Position numbers and translations under genes: made by a program | Notes under the pieces: generated by a model | Told to the model about the DNA's origin: nothing | What the model saw: only the letters and a program-made list of their open reading frames with translations | Database searches by the model: none | Shown here: in pieces, positions 17,729-26,029 of the stretch | How the letters are laid out: every line of letters begins with the position of its first letter | How positions within the stretch are numbered: the first letter of the stretch is position 1 | Source of the DNA: Raphidiopsis brookii D9 | Lineage (GTDB): Bacteria > Cyanobacteriota > Cyanobacteriia > Cyanobacteriales > Nostocaceae | Assembly (NCBI GenBank): GCA_000175855.1 | Contig: ACYB01000037.1 | Span: forward strand, 60,001-92,000 | Reading direction: 5' to 3' | Length of the DNA stretch: 32,000 nucleotides

Positions 17729-17982
17729 GGCAGTATCGAGTACATTTAACCTAGGTGATTATCAGTGTTCGGGCAGAAAATTCAGCAGCAATTGTATGTT
17801 ATCTTGACCTCTCTGGATAATCTACATCGAAGAGATGTAAATTAGCCCGCTGAGCAAGGTCAAAGCAATACAAGGAATAGAGTTGCAGTTTTTGTTGAGT
17901 CATAGGTTTAGCACCAAAATGTTTCTTACATTAAGTTGTTATATACCTCTTCTGATTTTTCCTCTCCCACCCGGAACAGTTA

Positions 17983-18948
17983 CTAAAAGTTATAAAAAAT
18001 TATGCGATCCTGACCTACGGGTAGGATTTCATCTGGAATCAGTTGTGTTGGATTTCCCTCAGTCATGTTTTTAAATAGCACTGTAAACGCACCAGCACCC
18101 AAACCATCCTGGGGGAACATTCGATAACAGGGAATAGTGGTTAAATTAGACCTGTAGGTAGAAAGAGGACTAACTTCTACAGGTTTAAATTGGGGAAATC
18201 GCTCTAAAAACCATGTACAGACTTGTTCATTTTCTTCTGGAGAGTAGGTGCAAGTCATATAAACTAAATAACCTTGGGGAGCAACAATCCCTGCGGAATT
18301 AGCAATAATCCGTTTTTGACGATTGGCATTTTTATTAATTACTGTTTGGTGAAAACATCCGGGAGCTTTCTCTCTCTTTGCTAGTAAGGACTGACCGCTA
18401 CAAGGTGCATCAACTATAACTAAACTCATAGATTGTTTCAGCATTTGAGCCAAAATGCTAGTATCTCGATTCAGTACGTAACCAGGTTGAATTTGACAAC
18501 GCTTTAAATTAGAGATTAGCATTCCTAGTCGTTTGCCAATTACTTCATTACTAACAATTAAATCCGGTTTTAATGCTTTCCATGCGAATATACTTTTACC
18601 TCCAGGTGCTGCACATACATCCAATACTAAAGGAGTAGGTTGCTCTATGGTTAATAATACAGATGCTGCAAATATAGAAGAAAAGTCTAAACAGTAAAAA
18701 GCTCCTGCTTGATGGAGAGCATGTTGACCAGGTCTTTCCCCCACTTGTAGACGATCTATAAATTTGGGTTGCCATGATGTTGGAGTCTCCGTAGTGAATG
18801 GCCGTGTTTCTGGAGGATTTTGACACCAAAGGATAGAAGGTGAAAAGGGTTGGGGATGAACTAAAGCTGCTATAAATTTTGCCTCTTCATCAGGGTTATC
18901 AAATAAACGATGGGCAAGTTTTAGTAATAAATTAGAAGGTTGTTCCAT
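17983..18948 (-). CDS. RsmB/RsmF (NOL1/NOP2/Sun) family SAM-dependent RNA cytosine-C5 methyltransferase
   Basis: The AdoMet motif is LDVCAAPGGKS, motif IV is VDAPCSGQS and motif VI is YMTCTYSPEENE, the last two carrying the two catalytic cysteines. The likely start is ATG 18948 (MEQPSNLL), preceded by AGAGGA and only 4 nt after the stop of the upstream gene. The longest ORF reaches 18978. Confidence 0.8.
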   Translation of the reverse strand: MEQPSNLLLKLAHRLFDNPDEEAKFIAALVHPQPFSPSILWCQNPPETRPFTTETPTSWQPKFIDRLQVGERPGQHALHQAGAFYCLDFSSIFAASVLLTIEQPTPLVLDVCAAPGGKSIFAWKALKPDLIVSNEVIGKRLGMLISNLKRCQIQPGYVLNRDTSILAQMLKQSMSLVIVDAPCSGQSLLAKREKAPGCFHQTVINKNANRQKRIIANSAGIVAPQGYLVYMTCTYSPEENEQVCTWFLERFPQFKPVEVSPLSTYRSNLTTIPCYRMFPQDGLGAGAFTVLFKNMTEGNPTQLIPDEILPVGQDRIIFYNF

Positions 18949-18952
18949 TCCT

Positions 18953-20061
18953 CTATTCAGCAATAATATGTAAATCAATGTTTTGATTGCGAATCAAGTC
19001 TACAAGTCGCTGGGTAAAAGAACCTTTAAACCATCTTTGCCACCTAGGTTGTTGGCTTTCACCAATAACAATTTGGGTAATGTGATACTTAGCCGCGATT
19101 TGAGCAATTTCTCGAGCAACATTTTGACTTTTGACATGCAAAAATTCACCCCCAAATTCCCTACATAATTTCTCACAAGTATCAATATGACCAGCTTCTT
19201 TCTTGCTGAGGAATCGCTCCGGATCTGCTACAAGAACCCCATATAGTCTTGCATTCATATAATTAGCAATGCGGGCACCTCTACGGAGTAACTGTACTGA
19301 ATTAGGATAAGTAGAAACACAAACCAGGACTCGTTCATGAATATTACAACTAGATGGTTCCAGACTAGAAGTGTTTGCTTCTTCTTCAACCGTATCCGCC
19401 ACTTCCCGCAAGGATAACTCTCGTAGAGCTATCAAATTGCGACGCTGGAAAAAATTTTTCAAAGACTGCTCAACTTGACTGTGGGGGTAAATTTTCCCTT
19501 CACGCAATCGTTCCTCCAAAGTTTCTGGAGTAATATCAATCACCACAACCGCATCAGCTTCATCAAGCAGGCGATCTGGAATCCTTTCTCTGACTACAAT
19601 ACCAGTAATTCTCGCCACTATGTCATTTAAACTTTCTATGTGCTGAATATTAACCGTAGAGTAAACATCAATTCCACTCTCTAAAATCACCTCCACATCC
19701 TGATATCGTTTTTCCCGTGGAGATCCGGGGATGTTAGTATGGGCCAGTTCATCAATTAACACTAACTGGGGAGAGCGATCCAATATGGCATCTGTATCCA
19801 TTTCTGCAAGAGTTATGTTCTCCTTAACCATGACTCTTTTAGGAATCATTTCCAGTCCAGTAGCTTTTTGAGCAGTCTCTTTGCGTCCATGAGTTTCTAA
19901 AATGCCAATAATGACATCAATTCCCTCCTGTTTGAGTTGATGTGCTTCTTCGAGCATTTTATAGGTTTTACCCACACCAGGAGCCATACCAATAAAGATT
20001 TTATGTTTTCCTCGTTGGTGGGGGTAGTATAATAACTATTAGGATCTTGTGCAGTTGGCAT
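18953..20061 (-). CDS. kdpD: Truncated KdpD-type protein (KdpD N-terminal P-loop domain plus Usp domain, no histidine kinase), with its 5' end displaced by an apparent 1-nt homopolymer deletion
   Basis: The track ORF starts MAPGVGKTYKMLEEAHQLKQEGIDVIIGILETHGR (KdpD N-terminal Walker A-like domain), followed by a Usp-like domain (VLVCVSTYPNS...HITQIVIGES). The upstream ATG at 20061 (MPTAQDPNSYYTTP...) joins this ORF if the G5 run at 20020..20024 is read as G6. That repair gives ...HQRGKHKIFIGMAPGVGKTY, matching the E. coli KdpD motif RGKLKVFFGA.AGVGKT. Confidence 0.75.
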
Positions 20062-20095
20062 AACATACCATGAGACCACCTGATCCTAATATACT

Positions 20096-21259
20096 CTAAT
20101 ATCTAAAGATTGCTGCTATTTTTGTTCCTCTAGGCATGTCCTTAGCCTTTAAGGTATAAACATGGCCACCGTTTAACATAGTGTGTATAGCGGCAAAATC
20201 TAACATATCCTGATCATCTACCTCTCTGTTTCTGTGTAAATCTACACTCATATTTTCAGGATGGAATTTTCCCCACTTTTGATCATCTATAGAAACTAAT
20301 AGGGAATCTACCTGGTGAAAATAGGCCGCACTGACAATTTTTTTCACATCACTGGTAGCCATATTACTACCTTCTCCCGTTAATTGCTCGTACAGTGCTA
20401 GGGTAGCTATTGTATCTTGTTGAAATAGGGGAGAAACTATTTGCCACCCCGCATCATGTAATTTATCCAAGTTCATAATTTCCACATTACCACCAATGCT
20501 TTGTGTTAATAAGTAAGGATAACTGTTTGCTGCTTGATAAATAGGAAAAAGATACTCTACTCCTGCTAAAATTAAAGGTGCCTTTTCATCTCTTAGTCTA
20601 TGATGTAAAGCTTGATCTATGGCATAACAAAATTGTAAAATATCTCTTTCGTGTTTTTCTCGATCTGGACTACCTTGTCCATGAACTGATCCTGGATGTT
20701 CAGCTGCTGATGCTCCTCCTCTGGGTATACCCACTCTGTGTTGTACACCTTTTTGTAATTCGTCTTCCAGGAGAATTTCTTCTAAACGGTGGGGCATATT
20801 TTCTACTACTAACTCCTGTAAACTATGTCCCGTGCCAACAAAGAATTTCACATCTTTTTGACTCAGACACAAAATATAGAATTTACCATCGTTATTAATA
20901 AAATGTAGTAGAGGTTTCAGATGTAATTCTCTATTGACAACAACTAATTCAGGAAATTCACTAGGTAAACAATAGTAGCGAAACAAGTTGGGACTAATAA
21001 AAATTACTAGTCCTTGATTTTGGTGTTCCCAAAAATCAATTGTATCTAATTCCAGAGCTGGTTCAAGCAAGTCCAAAGCTTCCTTAGGTCTGATACCTAA
21101 CGCTTCTAAATCTTGTTGGGCTTGGCGAATTAAATTTTTAAAGCGAATAGGGTTTTGACGAGTCTCTGCCCCAACTTTTTGAGTTGGCATGTATAGGGAT
21201 ACGGATGGAGACTGGGAATTTTCCACTAAGTTTTTGAGTTCGTCCAGAGATAATGTCAT
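20096..21259 (-). CDS. Conserved hypothetical protein; I tentatively recognise it as a bacterial eRF1/Pelota-like (baeRF-type) family member
   Basis: The 387-aa ORF begins MTLSLDELKNLVENSQSPSVSLYMPTQKVGAETRQNPIRFKNLIRQAQQDLEAL. Its central loop is RGGASAAEHPGSVHGQGSPDREKHERD. Its C-terminus is MLDFAAIHTMLNGGHVYTLKAKDMPRGTKIAAIFRY. These patterns (vSlYmPT...PIRfKNL...hGqG...GG.Vy.....mP...aAifRY) match my recollection of the bacterial aeRF1-like families. The family assignment is from memory, not from a search. Confidence 0.45.
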   Translation of the reverse strand: MTLSLDELKNLVENSQSPSVSLYMPTQKVGAETRQNPIRFKNLIRQAQQDLEALGIRPKEALDLLEPALELDTIDFWEHQNQGLVIFISPNLFRYYCLPSEFPELVVVNRELHLKPLLHFINNDGKFYILCLSQKDVKFFVGTGHSLQELVVENMPHRLEEILLEDELQKGVQHRVGIPRGGASAAEHPGSVHGQGSPDREKHERDILQFCYAIDQALHHRLRDEKAPLILAGVEYLFPIYQAANSYPYLLTQSIGGNVEIMNLDKLHDAGWQIVSPLFQQDTIATLALYEQLTGEGSNMATSDVKKIVSAAYFHQVDSLLVSIDDQKWGKFHPENMSVDLHRNREVDDQDMLDFAAIHTMLNGGHVYTLKAKDMPRGTKIAAIFRY

Positions 21260-21441
21260 AGGTTGAAAGAAAACAGCGGAGAAGATATGTTCATTTCAAC
21301 TGCTTCTATGATGGATTTGCATCTTTCCCCAGGGAGGTGGAGAAGGTCAAACTTAAAACTCTTCCCAAATTTAGGCACGTCTGTTAAAATTGTGTGGTGG
21401 TCACATACTACAATTAAAACCAGTTGAGTTACACCTAAATA

Positions 21442-24400
21442 ATGGTGCATATTAAGCGGGTTGAACTTACTAATTTTAAATCCTTCGGTGGTACAACTTC
21501 TGTCCCCTTGCTACCGGGATGTACTGTCATTTCTGGCCCTAATGGTTCGGGTAAATCCAATATTCTGGACGCTTTACTATTTTGCTTAGGACTATCCAGT
21601 TCTAAGGGTATGCGTGCTGATAAACTACCTGATCTAGTTAACAACAATCAAACTGCTAAAGGTCGCAATCCTGTTGAAGCTATTGTAACCGTCACCTTTG
21701 ATATCTCTGACATGGTATCACTCCCAGAGGTTACAGAGGAAGTTACACAAGTAAATGGACAGGAAAATAAATCTCCTACCTTAACACTATGGAGCGTGAC
21801 TCGACGCTTACGGGTCCATTCCCAGGGTACTTACACTTCCAACTATTACATTAATGGCAGTTCTTGTACTTTGACGGAATTACATGAGGAATTAGAAAGA
21901 TTAAGAATTTACCCAGAGGGTTATAATGTAGTGTTACAGGGTGATGTCACCAGCATTATCTCCATGAATGGGAAAGAACGACGGGAAATTATCGATGAGT
22001 TGGCTGGTGTTGCAGCGTATGACAGAAAAATCAACCAAGCTAAAGGGACCCTAGAAGAGGTTAAAGAAAAGGAAGATAGCTGTAGAATTATTGAAGGTGA
22101 GTTAATTGCCCAGCGAGATCGTCTATACCAAGATAAGCTAAAAGCAGAGAAATACCAGCAAATTAAAAAGGAGTTGCAGGAGAAACAGTCCTGGGAATTG
22201 GTTTTAACTTGGCGCTCTCTCCAGTCTAAACAGGAACAATTGGCTACGGATATTCAAGCTGGAGATACAACATCTAATCAACTGACTGGGAGTTTAACTC
22301 AAACTAATCAAAACATCCAAGACCAAAATAGTCAGTTGGACCAACTGAATATACTCGTTAAATCCCTAGGGGAAGATCAACTTTTGGCAGTTCAATCTAC
22401 CCTTGCTAATCAAGAAGCTGAACGTAAACAACTATATAGACGACAAAATGAAATAGTATCTCATTTACAACAGACAATCAAAAAACTCCATCAGACCCAA
22501 GGGGAAATAGAAGAATACCAGGCTGTTTTGCAACAAAATCAACAAGAATACTCTTTGGAGAGTTCAACCTTAAGCCAGCACCAACAGGAACGTGAAGAAA
22601 CAAGGGCACAGTTAGAATCTTACCGTCAAGTTGCGGCAGAAATTGCTACTGCTTCTGAACACTGGGTACAACAACAGTCATCTGTTAATCGTCAAATTGA
22701 GACCTTGCTACAAACTGTAGAACCTCAAAGAACGGAACAAACCCAATTAAGGGAGAGAAATTTTCAGTTACGAGAACTAGTTCAGGAACAATCAGAGCTT
22801 TTGAGTATTTTAGAACCACAATTAGCTCAAAAACAAGCGGAATGCCAAGAATTAACCCTGGAGTTCAACAGTTCTACTACACCAATTGAGAACCTGGCAA
22901 CTAATCTAGCAGCTGCAGAGCAGGAATTACAAATCCAACAGGATACACAAAAGCGACTGTTACAAGAACAGCGGGAAAAACAAAGACTTTTGGATAAACT
23001 AGAAGCCCAAACTCAAGCACAACAAGAAGTACAAGGAACCCAAGCCAGTAAGGTCATTATTCAGTCCGGTTTACCAGGATTATGTGGGCTGGTAGTGGAA
23101 TTGGGTAAGGTTGATTCCCGCTATCATCTAGCTCTAGAAACTGCTGCAGGCGCAAGACTAGGTCATATTGTGGTGGAAGATGAACGTGTGGCTTCAGCAG
23201 GAATTGAATTGTTAAAACAAAAACGTGCCGGTAGGGCTACCTTTTTACCTTTAAATAAAATAAAAGCTTCTAAATTTACTCCTGATTTAACGCTTCCTTA
23301 TGTTGATGGTTTTGTCGAATATGCCATGAACCTGGTGGAGTGTGATGACCGCTATCAGGAGGTATTTAAATATGTTTTTGGTAATACGGTGGTTTTTAAA
23401 ACTTTGGAACAGGCCCGAAACCAATTAGGACTATATCGAATCGTCACCCTGGGAGGGGAATTATTAGAAACTAGCGGTGCGATGACAGGTGGTAGTCAGA
23501 CTCAACGCTCTGGTTTAAAGTTTGATACTGGAGAGGGTAAGGAATCGGAGGAACTCATTAATTTAAGAACAAGATTGGCAGATATTGATAGGGTTTTAGA
23601 ACGTTGTGGAGAAGCTATAGTCAATTTAATCCCTCGTAGCAAACAACTAGGATTAGAATTAACAGAAGCTAGACAAGGACGTAGAGAGCAACAGTTATAT
23701 TTGGAGCAGCTCAAGAAAGAAGTCCATAACTTGCATGGACAAGTGGAAACTACCCGGTTACAATTCCATCAAAATATGGAGAAAGTCAATTATGCTCAAA
23801 CCCGGTTAGAAATTTTAGATCGGGAACTGCCAAGTCAAGAAGAACAATTGCAACAATTACGACATAATCTGGCGGAATTGGAAGCTTCTCAAACCCCTAA
23901 GGAATGGCAAGAAATCCAAACTACTATTAGAAGTTGGGAGCAACAATTACAACAAAAAGATAACACCGTCAGGGAAGTGGAGCAGACACTGCAAAACTTG
24001 GGGAATAAACAACAGCGGTTAGAAGAGAAAATTAGAGAAGCTCAAATGCGAGTTGGGGAATATGAGGGTGACCAGATCACAGTAACTAATCAACAGTCTG
24101 CAGTTAACCATCAAGTTGAGGAACTAAGTCAAGAAATTATCCATATCCAATCCAGATTAAGGGGAATTGAGGAGAATCTAGGTGAGGAGAAAAGGAAAAG
24201 AGATAGGACAGAGCAAGAATTAAGGGATATGATCCTATACCAGCAAAAATTACAATGGGAAATTGAAAAACTGCAACAGAATCAGGAGAAACGACGCGAA
24301 CAGTTAACCGAATTACACGCTCAATTGCAAACCCTGGGAACAGAATTGCCTAATCCCTTACCAGAAGTACCTGATAAGGTGGACTTGGAAGATTTACAAA

Positions 24401-25026
24401 AAGAGCTGCGCAGTTTGGCCAGAAGATTACAGTTAATGGAACCGGTTAATATGTTGGCATTAACTGACTATGAAGTAGTTGAGGGAAGAGTAAAAGAGCT
24501 GACAGAAAAGCTAAATACTCTCCAAGCAGAGAGAACAGAACTGTTATTAAGGATTGAGAACTTTACTACACTGCGTCAAATTGCATTCAAGGAAGCTTTT
24601 GATGCAGTAAACGAGAATTTTCAATCAATTTTTGCCACCCTATCAGATGGGGATGGATACTTACAACTTGATAATCCGGAGGATCCTTCTAATAGCTGTT
24701 TAAACCTGATTGCCCATCCCAAGGGTAAACCTGTGCAGCGTTTGGCCTCTATGTCCGGAGGGGAAAAGTCATTGACAGCGCTCAGTTTTATTTTTTCTCT
24801 CCAACGTTATCGCCCATCGCCATTTTATGCGTTTGACGAAGTGGATATGTTTTTAGATGGTGCCAATGTTGAAAGATTGGCAAAAATGATTAAACAACAA
24901 GCGGAACAAGCACAGTTTATTGTGGTCAGCTTGCGTCGTCCTATGATAGAGTCCGCCCAAAGAACTATAGGTGTAACCCAAGCCAGAGGCGCTTATACCC
25001 AAGTTTTAGGCATAAAACTACAATAA
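21442..25026 (+). CDS. smc: Chromosome partition/condensation protein SMC
   Basis: The N-terminal head is MVHIKRVELTNFKSFGG...GPNGSGKSN (Walker A). Long Q/E/L-rich coiled coils flank the central hinge (GLCGLVVELGKVDSRYHLALETAAGARLGHIVVED). The C-terminal head has the signature MSGGEKSLTALSF and Walker B FYAFDEVD. The protein is 1194 aa. Confidence 0.95.
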   Translation: MVHIKRVELTNFKSFGGTTSVPLLPGCTVISGPNGSGKSNILDALLFCLGLSSSKGMRADKLPDLVNNNQTAKGRNPVEAIVTVTFDISDMVSLPEVTEEVTQVNGQENKSPTLTLWSVTRRLRVHSQGTYTSNYYINGSSCTLTELHEELERLRIYPEGYNVVLQGDVTSIISMNGKERREIIDELAGVAAYDRKINQAKGTLEEVKEKEDSCRIIEGELIAQRDRLYQDKLKAEKYQQIKKELQEKQSWELVLTWRSLQSKQEQLATDIQAGDTTSNQLTGSLTQTNQNIQDQNSQLDQLNILVKSLGEDQLLAVQSTLANQEAERKQLYRRQNEIVSHLQQTIKKLHQTQGEIEEYQAVLQQNQQEYSLESSTLSQHQQEREETRAQLESYRQVAAEIATASEHWVQQQSSVNRQIETLLQTVEPQRTEQTQLRERNFQLRELVQEQSELLSILEPQLAQKQAECQELTLEFNSSTTPIENLATNLAAAEQELQIQQDTQKRLLQEQREKQRLLDKLEAQTQAQQEVQGTQASKVIIQSGLPGLCGLVVELGKVDSRYHLALETAAGARLGHIVVEDERVASAGIELLKQKRAGRATFLPLNKIKASKFTPDLTLPYVDGFVEYAMNLVECDDRYQEVFKYVFGNTVVFKTLEQARNQLGLYRIVTLGGELLETSGAMTGGSQTQRSGLKFDTGEGKESEELINLRTRLADIDRVLERCGEAIVNLIPRSKQLGLELTEARQGRREQQLYLEQLKKEVHNLHGQVETTRLQFHQNMEKVNYAQTRLEILDRELPSQEEQLQQLRHNLAELEASQTPKEWQEIQTTIRSWEQQLQQKDNTVREVEQTLQNLGNKQQRLEEKIREAQMRVGEYEGDQITVTNQQSAVNHQVEELSQEIIHIQSRLRGIEENLGEEKRKRDRTEQELRDMILYQQKLQWEIEKLQQNQEKRREQLTELHAQLQTLGTELPNPLPEVPDKVDLEDLQKELRSLARRLQLMEPVNMLALTDYEVVEGRVKELTEKLNTLQAERTELLLRIENFTTLRQIAFKEAFDAVNENFQSIFATLSDGDGYLQLDNPEDPSNSCLNLIAHPKGKPVQRLASMSGGEKSLTALSFIFSLQRYRPSPFYAFDEVDMFLDGANVERLAKMIKQQAEQAQFIVVSLRRPMIESAQRTIGVTQARGAYTQVLGIKLQ

Positions 25027-25042
25027 CTCATAACCTATATAT

Positions 25043-25926
25043 CTATAATCGTCGTACAAGCTCTTCTGTTAATTGAATAAACGCTTTAGAGCCAGACGAA
25101 TTAGGATTCAATAAGGTTACAGGCATAAAACTATCAACCGCCTTAGCCACATTCACATCAACAGGAATTTGTGCTTGACAAATAGTTTCCACACCAAAAT
25201 CTTCCACAATTCGGTGCATGACTTGTTTATAATATCTACCAGTCAACATATTGGTATTACACATGCTAAAGACAATACCGAGCATTTGGATATTGATTTT
25301 GGCCTCATGTTCATGACTATCTTTCAACTTAGCAATACGTCTTTCCAGCAATTGAATACCGACCACAGAAAGAGGTTCAGGTTTAGCGGGGAGCAAATAA
25401 AAATCGCTAGTGGCCAAAGCACTGCGAGTCATGAGGTTATAACCAGGAGCACAATCTAAAAGAATAAAATCATATTGGTCACGAACAGGTTTTAAAATAT
25501 CCCTAACTAAGACCCTTTCAAAACGATTCCAAATAGTTTCAAAATCTCGCTCTTCCAGAGCTACAGCTTGATTGTGTAACATTTCAGAAACTACAAATTC
25601 ATCATATAAGTCAATGTCTCCTGGTAAGAGACTCAAACTTGATAGCTTGCACAATTCGGGCTCAATGACATCATGAATTTTGTATTCAGGTTGAGGATCG
25701 GGATTAATTACCTCATCTAATAAATATCTCAGGGTTTTTCTTTGTTTACGACGTTTGGCAAAATCTCCCGGTGACATTAGACTCAAGGTCGCACTGATTT
25801 GACTATCTAAATCCAGAACCAGCACCTTTTTACCATGATGTTTAGCCAAGCAAGTTGCCAAATTAACAGTTACCGTAGTTTTACCTACTCCCCCTTCATA
25901 TTTGCAGTTGCAATGACATATCCCAT
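25043..25926 (-). CDS. ParA/MinD-family P-loop ATPase (orphan), with its 5' end cut off by an apparent 1-nt homopolymer deletion inside the Walker A motif
   Basis: The track ORF starts at an internal TTG (..[20 protein letters not shown]). Upstream, ATG 25926 is preceded by GAGGAA and reads [13 protein letters not shown]. Adding one base to the C5 run at 25890..25894 gives [43 protein letters not shown], the deviant Walker A KGGxGKT. A Walker B-like motif FILLDCAPG is present. Confidence 0.8.
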
Positions 25927-26029
25927 TGTTTGGTTCCTCAGCAGGTTAGATTGATTATTTTCCCATAGCTTGAGCCATTATCTCATATCAGGTGCAAATC
26001 TGGTACACTAGGGATTCACCTCTTAGCGT

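Noticed and set aside
18596-20898. Track ORFs 18596..18829, 18983..19168, 19000..19185 and 20578..20898
   Set aside because: They are alternate-frame or antisense ORFs within the rsmF-like, kdpD-like and eRF1-like genes, and look spurious. ORF 19897..20079 is not an independent gene. It is the frameshifted 5' end of the kdpD-like gene.
21256-21450. 64-aa minus-strand ORF whose stop overlaps the eRF1-like gene start in an ATGA junction, which looks like translational coupling
   Set aside because: Its start would overlap the divergently transcribed smc start codon and occupy the entire shared promoter region. The translation (MHHYLGVTQLVLIVVCDHH...) has no motif and no Shine-Dalgarno sequence. 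The ATGA overlap is probably coincidental. ORF 21435..21647 is likewise antisense to smc.
25043-25926. ParA-like ATPase as the carboxysome-positioning McdA
   Set aside because: No small McdB-like ORF lies immediately downstream, where the gene is convergent with smc 16 nt away. No carboxysome genes are nearby. It is left as a generic orphan ParA-family ATPase.
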